A stretch of 48,944 nt of DNA, counting the filler, from an uncultured virus (IMG/VR IMGVR_UViG_2049941000_000076) (Duplodnaviria; Heunggongvirae; Uroviricota; Caudoviricetes). It is 9 parts of one record of this genome, joined end to end, with 100 filler letters (N's around TTAATTAATTAA, not from the genome) between each part and the next. Parts side by side here need not be neighbours in the genome. Positions count along the whole stretch, not along the records: positions 10,836 to 14,702 come from IMGVR_UViG_2049941000_000076; positions 14,803 to 19,060 come from IMGVR_UViG_2049941000_000076; positions 19,161 to 21,664 come from IMGVR_UViG_2049941000_000076; 6 more parts are not named here. One strand, given 5' to 3'. Shown piece by piece: positions 11,701-20,894 of the stretch. Each line of letters begins with the position of its first letter. Within the stretch, counting starts at the first letter, position 1. A model generated the notes under the pieces. The model saw only the letters and a list, made by a program, of their open reading frames with translations, did not search any database and was not told where the DNA came from. The position numbers and the translations under genes are program-made.

Positions 11701-11746
11701 TACACATCATTGCGGTGCAGATTCATGAGTACCGTTATCATGTGTA
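11701..11746. other. Candidate attP site
   Basis: 46-bp imperfect inverted repeat. Arms TACACATCATTGCGGTGC and GTACCGTTATCATGTGTA are 14/18 symmetric around a 10-nt spacer. Located at the 3' end of the serine integrase. Confidence 0.55.
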
Positions 11747-11828
11747 CTATGGAGCATAAATTCGACTGTGATTTCCGGTGGGTAGGAAATCCAGCCGCCG
11801 CGATTCCCGCCTGTTGATTTTTCAGCCC
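11707..11828 (-). CDS. Serine integrase, C-terminal fragment
   Basis: ..GGWISYPPEITVEFM.. on the integrase strand, ending with TGA at 11707. Confidence 0.55.
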
Positions 11829-11903
11829 NNNNNNNNNNNNNNNNNNNNNNNNNNNNNNNNNNNNNNNNNNNNNNNNNNNNNNNNNNNNNNNNNNNNNNNN
11901 NNN

Positions 11904-12455
11904 CGGGATGTTTGCCGTCAAATAATTCCGGCTCTTGTCTCGGTCTTGACTTATGCACATCACCATCGACAATGGATATTTGTGTTTTCCGCGTATTCCA
12001 TGCGATCTTACCAGTATAATGCGGATTGTCAAGAATGTGATAAATAGATATAGGTCGCCATGTTTCAGCAGCATGTGGCTTAATAACACCGATTTGATTT
12101 AGGACAGTAGCAATGTGTGCTGCACCGTTTCCATCCATAAACATTTTGAAAACCATCTTCACAATTTCCGCTTCTTCTGGAATGATTTCAAGAGTATAAT
12201 ATGATCTTTTCCCGTCCTTTACTTTAACTCTGCGATAGCCAAAAGGTGGTTTTGAGCCTACATAATACCCGCGCTCAACTGACGAACGGATACCATTTCG
12301 CAGAATCTTCTTTGTGTATTGGAGATAGTCATTCCCTCGCATCAGTTCCCGCTCAAAATACTCTCTGTCTCTCTCATCGGATATATCGAACATCCCATTG
12401 ATAGTTATAATGAGCGTATTTGTATACCGGAAAATCTTTGACAAGTAACCAATAT
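11904..12455 (-). CDS. Serine integrase fragment (recombinase DNA-binding domain)
   Basis: G.YVGSKPPFGY..EEAEIVKMVF..IATVLN..W....I..ILDNPHYTG..GKHP motifs. Confidence 0.9.
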
Positions 12456-12465
12456 NNNNNNNNNN

Positions 12466-12597
12466 GACGGTCTGACGTATGAGCGCATAGCAGAAATCGT
12501 TGAAATGTCGCCGCGCCATGTAAAGCGCATTGTCAAAGCGTCAATGGAAAGCATCATGCCGGAGCACAGAGCGTTCACGGAAATTTGCTTTTCGTAA
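12466..12597 (+). CDS. Small HTH (sigma-70 region 4-like) regulator, C-terminal fragment
   Basis: DGLTYERIAEIVEMSPRHVKRIV helix-turn-helix pattern, read from the sequence (not in the ORF track). Confidence 0.7.
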   Translation, partial: DGLTYERIAEIVEMSPRHVKRIVKASMESIMPEHRAFTEICFS

Positions 12598-12599
12598 AT

Positions 12600-12670
12600 G
12601 TCACGAAAATTGCATAAATACGTCACTAAAAAGGCACTCTCGCGTCATTGCGGGAGTGCCTGTTTTTTGT
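12600..12670 (+). promoter_or_regulatory. 11-bp-phased CAY repeats followed by a terminator-like hairpin upstream of the cassette
   Basis: CAC/CAT at 12602, 12613, 12624 and 12635. Stem AGGCACTCTCGC/GCGGGAGTGCCT (12632-12661) followed by GTTTTTTG. Confidence 0.5.
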
Positions 12671-12695
12671 TATCATGATGCTAGGGGAATGAACT

Positions 12696-13042
12696 ATGTA
12701 CATTCATTTCAATGGTAATCCGTGTGGTAAAAATATCGAAGACTGCGTGATTCGTGCAATCTCTATAGTGACCGGATTCAGCCGACACAAAGTTTATGCC
12801 GGACTGTGCTTGCAAGGATTTCCATGCACTATATGGGGCAATAGCAACGCGGTATGGGCTGATTATCTACGAAATTTAGGATTTAAGCGGTATACGGTCT
12901 ATGGCAGGCAGACAGTCGGAGAATTTGCAGAGCGGCACAAATCCGGGCGGTATGTTCTCGGAACCGGAACACATGCAGTCGCTTGCGTTGACGGTGATAT
13001 TATTGATAGCTGGTATTCATTGAATGAAACAGTATCATACTA
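12696..13042 (+). CDS. Conserved phage protein with a Cys/His pair (papain/C39-like peptidase fold suspected)
   Basis: NP....DCVIRAIS and GTHAVACVDG..DSW motifs. Truncated at the 3' end by a gap. Confidence 0.55.
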
Positions 13043-13052
13043 NNNNNNNNNN

Positions 13053-13226
13053 GAAAGAACGGCAAACGGCGTGCATAAATCATCGCAGGAAACGCGCACA
13101 GAGCCGTCTATTGACTTGTCGGCTTATGTTACACGGGATGAAATGGAAAGCCGAATAAGCGAGATTTTGGCAGCAAAACGATACCCTGAGAATCAGCAGA
13201 AAGGCGGTCAGAACAATGGCAAGTGA
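13053..13226 (+). CDS. C-terminal fragment of a conserved cassette protein
   Basis: ..AYVTRDEMESRI.. ending. Overlaps the SD and start of the next gene. Confidence 0.5.
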   Translation, partial: ERTANGVHKSSQETRTEPSIDLSAYVTRDEMESRISEILAAKRYPENQQKGGQNNGK

Positions 13227-13446
13227 ACTGTATCAGAGCTTTGGAACAAATGCAAATAATGCACAGGTTCAGCAGAATCCGCGTGATGCGGCAATGTCTT
13301 TGCTGAAACAGCAGGGAATTCAGATCCCGCAAGGTATGGAGAATAACCCGTCTGCAATCCTGAATCATCTTATGCAGTCAGGTCGGATTCCACAAGGTCG
13401 GCTGAATATGGCACAGCAGATCATGCAGAGGATGTTTCAACGGTAA
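13216..13446 (+). CDS. Small Gln/Met-rich conserved phage protein
   Basis: NP.AILNHLMQSGRIPQ motif. AAGGCGG SD. Confidence 0.7.
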   Translation: MASELYQSFGTNANNAQVQQNPRDAAMSLLKQQGIQIPQGMENNPSAILNHLMQSGRIPQGRLNMAQQIMQRMFQR

Positions 13447-13603
13447 AACAGCAAAAGATTGAAATTTCCGGTATTTTTTATACTGAAAATTGAAAAGATT
13501 TCAATTCAAATTTCAAAACTTTCATCTTTAATTTTTGCACATATTCCCGTCAAGTGCGCATAGACGGTTGAATATAGACTTACTACGAAAGGAACTATAA
13601 AAC

Positions 13604-14387
13604 ATGGCACTTACAGATGAAAACGGCGGCATGGTAATGCCGGTTGCACCGCTTGGCTACGGCGGCGGCTATGGCGGTCAGGGCGGTTTTGGCTTCGGCG
13701 GCGATTCTCTGCTGTGGGTTATCCTTATTCTCTGTCTCGGCGGCGGNNNNNNNNNNTCAGAACGCTCTCACTTCCGGATTCGGTGACATTCAGACCGCAC
13801 TTTGCGGCGGCTTTGCAGGCGTGAACCAGAATGTTTCTCAGGGCTTTGCAAACACGAACTTGGGACTGTGTCAGGGCTTTAACGGCGTGAATACCGCTAT
13901 CAGTGGCGCACAAAACGCGCTCACTCAGCAGCTTTACGGCAATGAGATTGCAAACCTTGAACGCTCCTTTGCAGCACAGGCAGCATCTACTCAAGGGATG
14001 AACTCTATTCAGTCTCAGCTTGCTAACTGCTGCTGTGAAAACCGCGCTGCAACTGCTGACCTGAAATATACCGTTGCTACGGAGGCTTGTGCTGACCGTG
14101 CGGCTATTGCATCCGCTCTCCGCGATGTGATTGACGCAACGCAGAATCAGACACAGACTATCCTCGATAAGATGTGTCAGCAGGAAATCGACAACCTGAA
14201 AGCGCAGAACCTTGCTCTCCAGAATCAAGTGAATATGCAGGCAATGCAGGCTTCTCAGGTCGCACAGACTGCGGCTCTTGTGGCGGACAATACCGCACAG
14301 ACGCAGTACATCGTGAACCGCGTCGCTCCGTATCCTATTCCGGCTTATACTGTCGCAAATCCTGTAACTCCGGCTACAGGCGCATAA
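13604..14387 (+). CDS. Conserved Gly-rich / transmembrane / coiled-coil protein with a CCC motif (gapped)
   Basis: Gly-rich N-terminus, hydrophobic LLWVILILCL, QLANCCCENR, long heptad coiled coil, PYPIPAY end. AAAGGA SD. Confidence 0.8.
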
Positions 14388-14399
14388 GGTGGTGAGGTC

Positions 14400-14702
14400 A
14401 TGGAAAAATGGCTTGACGATATGTACGATCTTTGCGAAACAGTAGCAAAGGAAATCGGCGAGGCAAACAAGAAGATTGAAGCCGCTGGCGGCAAACTNNN
14501 NNNNNNNCCGGTGCTGACGTTGATTACATCGACAAGATCACACATGCAATGAAGTCGATCAAAACTACCATTGCAATGGCAGAAGCAGAGGAAAACGGTG
14601 AATCCGGCTATTATCCTTATATGGGCGGATATCGTTCTTATGAGAATATGCGTGGCGGTGGTCGATCTAATCAGCGCAGAGATTCGCGTGGAAGATACTC
14701 CC
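14400..14702 (+). CDS. Conserved helical protein with a Tyr/Arg/Gly-rich low-complexity region (continues at 11546-11652)
   Basis: MEKWLDDMYDLCE..DYIDKITHAMKSIKT..RRDSRGRYS. GAGGT SD. Confidence 0.7.
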
Positions 14703-14937
14703 NNNNNNNNNNNNNNNNNNNNNNNNNNNNNNNNNNNNNNNNNNNNTTAATTAATTAANNNNNNNNNNNNNNNNNNNNNNNNNNNNNNNNNNNNNNNNNN
14801 NNCAGTCTCACCATAAATTGAGCTTTGCCGCTACACAGTCACACTCGCCCGCCTGCTGACTATAATAAAGGAGTGTGGTGATATGACACGAAATGAAATC
14901 AACGAACTGATTATAGAGCTACTGGAAATAATCGGTG

Positions 14938-15303
14938 TTATTCCGCCATTGATTCCAGAAATTCAAGAAACTTTTTCGCTTGCGAATCACTCATAGCATT
15001 AACCTTATCAATAATCGCGCTCCGGACTTCATCGTTCGGGGCGTTTTCTGTTGCCATCTTTTCGGCGATGTCTTTTAATTGGCATAACGTTGTTTCTTGC
15101 TCATCCCAGCACATAAGGTATCGTGCTGTTACACCTGTTACGTCTGCTATCTTCTCTATAACATCAATAGGAATCTTTTTCGTTTTACCGGACGCATATC
15201 TTTGCAAAGCGGAATGCGAAACGCCGGTCAATCTTTCCAATTCAGCATAGGAAAGACCTTTTTTCTGTATGGCTTCTTGGATTCTCTTTGTTCGCTCATC
15301 CAT
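14938..15303 (-). CDS. CI-like repressor (XRE HTH)
   Basis: GLSYAELERLTGVSHSALQRYASG HTH. Divergent from the cro-like gene. AAAGGCGG SD. Confidence 0.9.
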   Translation of the reverse strand: MDERTKRIQEAIQKKGLSYAELERLTGVSHSALQRYASGKTKKIPIDVIEKIADVTGVTARYLMCWDEQETTLCQLKDIAEKMATENAPNDEVRSAIIDKVNAMSDSQAKKFLEFLESMAE

Positions 15304-15350
15304 AACATTCACCGCCTTTCTTTTTCTATCACTATTATTATAGCATACAT

Positions 15351-15458
15351 CATCCCAAAAAAGCAATAGTTTTCAAAAAAAAATTTGAAATCATCCCGAA
15401 AAAGGGTTGACAAATCCAAAAAAATGTGGTATGATATAGTCATCCCGAAAGTGGGACA
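15351..15458. promoter_or_regulatory. Lysis/lysogeny switch: rightward promoter and CATCCCG-N4-CGGGATG-type operators
   Basis: TTGACA (15407) -17 bp- TGnTATGAT (15430). Operator-like copies at 15351 (half), 15392-15409 and 15441-15458. Confidence 0.8.
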
Positions 15459-15476
15459 GAGAAGGGAGGTGAAAAA

Positions 15477-15746
15477 GTGATTGATAGAAACCTACTCAGA
15501 AGCGCGATTGCACGCGCAGGCATGACACAAGAGAAACTTGCAGAAGCTATTGGGATTTCAAGCAATACGCTGTCTGCAAAGATTCTCGGACGTTCTTTCT
15601 TTGACACACAGGAAATCGACATTATCTGCGAGGTGCTTTCTATCGAGGACAACAACGAGAAAGCCAATATTTTTTTAGCGCCTGCATCCCGTTTTCGGGA
15701 TGATAAAAGAAAGGAGAATGCAAGTGAACGAGTTGAAACTGTTTGA
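15477..15746 (+). CDS. Cro-like XRE regulator
   Basis: GMTQEKLAEAIGISSNTLSAK HTH. GGAGGTG SD. Confidence 0.88.
   Translation: MIDRNLLRSAIARAGMTQEKLAEAIGISSNTLSAKILGRSFFDTQEIDIICEVLSIEDNNEKANIFLAPASRFRDDKRKENASERVETV
15685..15702. promoter_or_regulatory. Perfect operator palindrome inside the 3' end of cro
   Basis: CATCCCG-TTTT-CGGGATG. Confidence 0.7.
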
Positions 15747-16411
15747 ACAGATTGACATTCCTGCTATTCGTGAGTATGAAAAGTCAAAAAAGAAGTATGA
15801 CGGATATGTGTATGCTGTTGAGGTCGGTGAAAAAGTGAAAATCGGAAGTACAACAGCACCGGCACAAAGAATCAGATCACTGTCTACAATGTTTTCCAAT
15901 TACGCAATGGAGAAGATTGGAAGAATCGCTATCTCCCGTCCGCACATGAACTTCCGGCAGAATGAGATTATTCTCCATTCTGTTTTTGAATCGAATAGAA
16001 TCAAATCCGGCGAAATGTTCTCAATCAAATTTGAAGATGCTGTGTCGGAAATGAAAAATCTCCTTTTTGATGTTTCTGACAAGCAACGAGAATTAAGGGA
16101 AGCGCAAGCCAATGAAACGGTTGAGATGCTCAAACGAGTCGTTCTAGGAGAGACTCAGCCAATAAAAAACATTGATACGAATAAACATCAGAAATTCAGA
16201 TGGAATGCTCTTGTTTATGAGCAACCATGTGAAGATGCGGCTGCATTTCTTCTCCAAATTGCGCTTGTCGGACTTGTTCTTGACGATAGCCAAAAAGAGA
16301 AAGTTATTGACATGGCGATAGATATTAGCAAATACAAAATTTCAAATATGTCGCTCACCGTAACTTTTGATTGTTCTGGAACGAATTCGGAAAATGAAGA
16401 ACCTGACGAGG
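15724..16411 (+). CDS. GIY-YIG/T5orf172-domain protein, antirepressor-like position (3' truncated)
   Basis: GYVYAVE....KIGST..P.QR motif. AAGGAG SD plus GTG giving MNELKLFE. Confidence 0.65.
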
Positions 16412-16564
16412 NNNNNNNNNNTGAAGAAGAACAGCAGAAATGTGAACGCAGAGCGCGGCAGCTTGCAAGGCGCATGATGCGGGAATCGCTTAAAGACGTT
16501 AAGATCACGGTTACACAGCGCGTGTCCGTGGTCGAGGATGACTTAGGAAAGGAGTGCAAGTGAG

Positions 16565-16757
16565 ATGGCGAATATATACGATACAGCAATCACAGTGTAT
16601 CGCGGCGTGAACCACAATCCGGACGGCACTGTTGTTCCGTTTTCGTTCTGCACAGCGTTTTTTGACGCCGATGATGATGTGTACGGCTGCGGCGGCGAGT
16701 ATCTCATTGCAGCAGATGAGGACGGCAATCTGATTCCGGTCGGAACTGTCGGCAATG
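16565..16757 (+). CDS. Hypothetical protein (3' truncated)
   Basis: AAGGAG SD and ATG. Ends at a gap. Confidence 0.5.
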
Positions 16758-16767
16758 NNNNNNNNNN

Positions 16768-17160
16768 GCAAAATTCGGTTTCCCGGCTGTTGCGATCAAG
16801 AAAGCTGCGGTTTCTGCCGCATATCGTCAGGGCATCACGAAAGACAAGGTTTCCGCAAACGGTTCATTCTGGCTGAATGGCGTGAATGATGCAGAGTTTG
16901 TGGAGATTGAAAGCGATGAACCGCCTGTTATGCGCGAAGATATGGTGAAGATCGGCATGGGAACGGCTGATATTCGGTATCGCGGAGAGTTCCGCAACTG
17001 GAAATGCAGGTGCAGAATTTCCTATTTGAAAGACGGTGTATTCAGCCTTGAAAACATCGTTTCGATGATTAACCTCGGCGGATTCTGCTGCGGTCTGGGC
17101 GAATGGCGCGTTGAAAAAGGCGGCATCAGCGGCAACTTCCATGTTGCGACTGAAAAGTAA
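16768..17160 (+). CDS. Solitary RAMP/Cas7-like protein (Vipr-like), C-terminal 130 aa (5' part lost in gap)
   Basis: Open from the contig edge: AKFGFPAVAIKKAAVSAAYR (equivalent to the RAMP 'P.SS.KG.LR' helix) ... MREDMVKIGMGTADIRYRGEF..W ... GGFCCGLGEWRVEKGGISGNFHV (C-terminal Gly-rich loop G.G..R....G.F typical of RAMPs). Confidence 0.75.
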   Translation, partial: AKFGFPAVAIKKAAVSAAYRQGITKDKVSANGSFWLNGVNDAEFVEIESDEPPVMREDMVKIGMGTADIRYRGEFRNWKCRCRISYLKDGVFSLENIVSMINLGGFCCGLGEWRVEKGGISGNFHVATEK

Positions 17161-17167
17161 TAGAAAA

Positions 17168-17592
17168 GTCAAGGCAGTTAAGTCAAGGCGAGTTTCGATA
17201 GGTTGTGGTTGGCATCAGCAGTTGAGGAAAGGCTTATTCTGTCGGGGTTAGTTTGTGTATGGTCTGGCAGTTCCGGTAAGTATAGGCTACTTGTGGTAGA
17301 TTCTGGCATGGAATGTTCCGGCAAGGCGACGTAAGGCAGTCTCGGAGTGTTGCGCTGTGGTCTGTTGCGTTATGTAGCGGATTGGCAGTCGAGTTGTGAC
17401 AAGGTGAGTTCTTGCATGGTGCGCAAGGATAGTTATGGCAGTTTTGGCTAGTTTTGTATAGTTAAGTTGTTGCTTGTTCGGCTGTGGCAGCCGTGGCAAG
17501 TAGAGGATGGCTTGTTCAGTCGATGAACGGTTTTGTCCGGCAGTCTAGTCAAGCTGTGTTAAGCCTAGCAAGGGATTGCTTAGTTATGTCCT
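17168..17592 (+). ncRNA. Array of eight GGCA-delimited units of 5-nt periodic G-N-H-N-N pentamers (putative guide-RNA array, vrRNA-like)
   Basis: Units start at 17173, 17217 (AGCA), 17266, 17335, 17384, 17437, 17486 and 17539, each with 8-13 pentamers. By hand count 67 of 76 full pentamers begin with G and none has G at position 3. No plus-strand ORF. Strongly G/T-skewed. Confidence 0.85.
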
Positions 17593-17618
17593 ACAAAAAC
17601 GAAAACAGGAGGTTGTGA

Positions 17619-17707
17619 ATGATCTATCAATGAAAAGCGGCAGCAGAATCAAAGCTAACGCACAGGCAAGCGGGGAGCTTATGGAAAAGCTCTCCGCATC
17701 GGAAGAA
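17619..17707 (+). CDS. Array-associated partner protein, N-terminal fragment (C-terminus probably 19161-19420)
   Basis: AGGAGG SD at 17607 and ATG 17619 give MIYQ*, overlapping ATG 17630 MKSGSRIKANAQASGELMEKLSASEE. Confidence 0.6.
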
Positions 17708-17778
17708 NNNNNNNNNNGATAATGCTGACGATTATCCGAATTATTGTGCCATGATGCTTGCGGAAAGGAGAATGAGCA

Positions 17779-17901
17779 TTGAACGGTGATTTTATCGTTG
17801 GAAGCATTGGTGGGATGCTTCTCGGCTGCATTTTGGGTGCGATCACGGTTGCAATAGCAATCATCGCGGCGAAATCCGACAACAACAACGACAGGCGGTG
17901 A
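17779..17901 (+). CDS. Small single-pass membrane protein
   Basis: AAGGAG SD, TTG start, MNGDFIVGSIGGMLLGCILGAITVAIAIIAAKSD... Confidence 0.55.
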   Translation: MNGDFIVGSIGGMLLGCILGAITVAIAIIAAKSDNNNDRR

Positions 17902-18172
17902 CGGCATGCGGTTTTATGACGATGACGAGGAACTCACGGACGAGGAACGTCACGAACGCAAAATGAATGATTTGGCGTGCCTATGGGATGACAGCGACGA
18001 TCATCATTTGCCGAAAAGTCATCGAAATGATGATTAAGGCATAAAAAAAGCCGCATCCGGTGAAAGCCGGACACGGTGTAAAGGGATTGAGCAACAAAAA
18101 GGAGATATTAAGGATGTAAGATGTGGTGAATGACCCATACTCCTATTATACCAGATTGGAGGTAAAAAGTCA

Positions 18173-18451
18173 ATGGAAAAATACGAAAAAGAGCCAATTA
18201 CAAACGATCTCATTCGTGAGATTGTGGAGCTGACGAAAAGCACAATCGGAACTACAAAACGATACAGCATTGAGTGCAGCATCGGGCAATCTTTTGCATT
18301 CAAATCGCCGCGAGTAATCGTAACTGTATATGATATGCTGGAAATGCGGTGCAACGTCGTATTTATGGCAATGTGCTATGAGTCAGAAAATCTCACAGAA
18401 GCGATCGACAAAGTGAGGGAATTCCTCGCAAAGGACGGTGAATCTGAATGA
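18173..18451 (+). CDS. Hypothetical protein
   Basis: GGAGGT SD. ATGA-coupled to the next ORF. Confidence 0.65.
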   Translation: MEKYEKEPITNDLIREIVELTKSTIGTTKRYSIECSIGQSFAFKSPRVIVTVYDMLEMRCNVVFMAMCYESENLTEAIDKVREFLAKDGESE

Positions 18452-18575
18452 GGTATCAAGTTTTCAGTATCGATGAAAACGGCAATGAAACGCTGTACTG
18501 CGAATGCGATGACACGTTGGAAGCTGCACTTGCAGCAATGGAAATCAATGGAAAGGTGAAAGGAGAACCTGTAGA

Positions 18576-19059
18576 ATGACACTGTATGAAATGTCCTCTG
18601 CCGCACATCAGCTTTATGATCTGCTTGAAAGTGGCGAGATTGACGAACAGACCGTGCTTGACACGATGGAAAGCATCGGAGCAAGCGAAAAACTGGAAAG
18701 CTATATTCATGTGCAGCGGCAGCTTGAAAGCGAAATCGCCGGGTTTGAAGCTGAGATTAAGCGGATGCAGGAGCGCAAGGCTGTGCTTGAAAACCATGTA
18801 AAGCGGCTGAAACAGGCGCAAGTCGAATTCATGCAGGCGACGAACCAGAAGAAAGCAACTGCGGGAACATTCACGCTGACAATGCGTGAAAACAAGTCAT
18901 GTGAGATTGAAGATGAAGCCTTGATACCGCTTGAATTCATGGTAGAGATTCCGGCGAGTTTCAGACCTGACAAAAAAGCAATGTTGGCGGCAATGAAGAA
19001 CGGCGAGAAGATCAGCGGAGCAAAGCTGAATGTGAGCTATAGTGTAACTAAGGAATCCC
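18576..19059 (+). CDS. Siphovirus Gp157-family protein
   Basis: MTLYEM..D.QTVLDTMESI..K.ESY..coiled coil..IP.EF..PDKKAM...K.GEKISGA pattern. Confidence 0.85.
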
Positions 19060-19160
19060 TNNNNNNNNNNNNNNNNNNNNNNNNNNNNNNNNNNNNNNNN
19101 NNNNTTAATTAATTAANNNNNNNNNNNNNNNNNNNNNNNNNNNNNNNNNNNNNNNNNNNN

Positions 19161-19416
19161 GGCATTTTCTCAGGTGCATTCTGGCTGTAGAAATTCAGCA
19201 GGAAGAACAAAGTGAAGAACCGAAAGAATCGCTGAGAGCGTTTTTCGTCACGACTGAACCGACAAAGTATGAGCCGATCGGAGTGATTGTCCAGCAGCAG
19301 AGCAAATATGAAAAGATGCTTGACACGGCACTCAAAGAGTTGATTTCATTCAAGCAAAAATATCAATCGCTGAAAGAATTACAGCCGGTATTCGATGCGA
19401 TGAAAGGTGTGAAAGT

Positions 19417-19420
<4 letters not shown>
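19161..19420 (+). CDS. C-terminal fragment, probably of the array-associated partner protein
   Basis: HFLRCILAVE..SLRAFF..KMLDTALKELISFKQKYQSLKELQPVFDAM*, ATGA-coupled to Sak. Read from the sequence. Confidence 0.6.
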
Positions 19421-20760
<1,340 letters not shown>

Positions 20761-20764
20761 ACCA

Positions 20765-20884
20765 ATGGCATTAAATCGAGTGATTCTTTTCGGGCGGCTT
20801 GTCCGCGATCCTGAAACACGGCAGACACAGAGCAGCATTGCCGTTTGCAAATTCACAGTCGCTTGCGACAGGCAGTTCAAAAAT
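20765..20884 (+). CDS. ssb: Single-stranded DNA-binding protein, N-terminal fragment
   Basis: MALNRVILFGRLVRDPETR..FTVACDR. AGGAGG SD. Confidence 0.9.
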
Positions 20885-20894
20885 NNNNNNNNNN

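Noticed and set aside
10836..12455. Scrambled or split integrase, ssb, portal, thyX-like and dnaC genes suggesting rearrangement or trans-splicing
   Set aside because: Every break coincides with an N gap, so contig mis-ordering explains them.
17168..17592. Canonical CRISPR array, or a protein-coding ORF (minus-strand 17287-17499)
   Set aside because: There are no identical 25-40-nt repeats with spacers. The minus-strand ORF lacks an SD, opposes the operon, and is a by-product of the periodic sequence.
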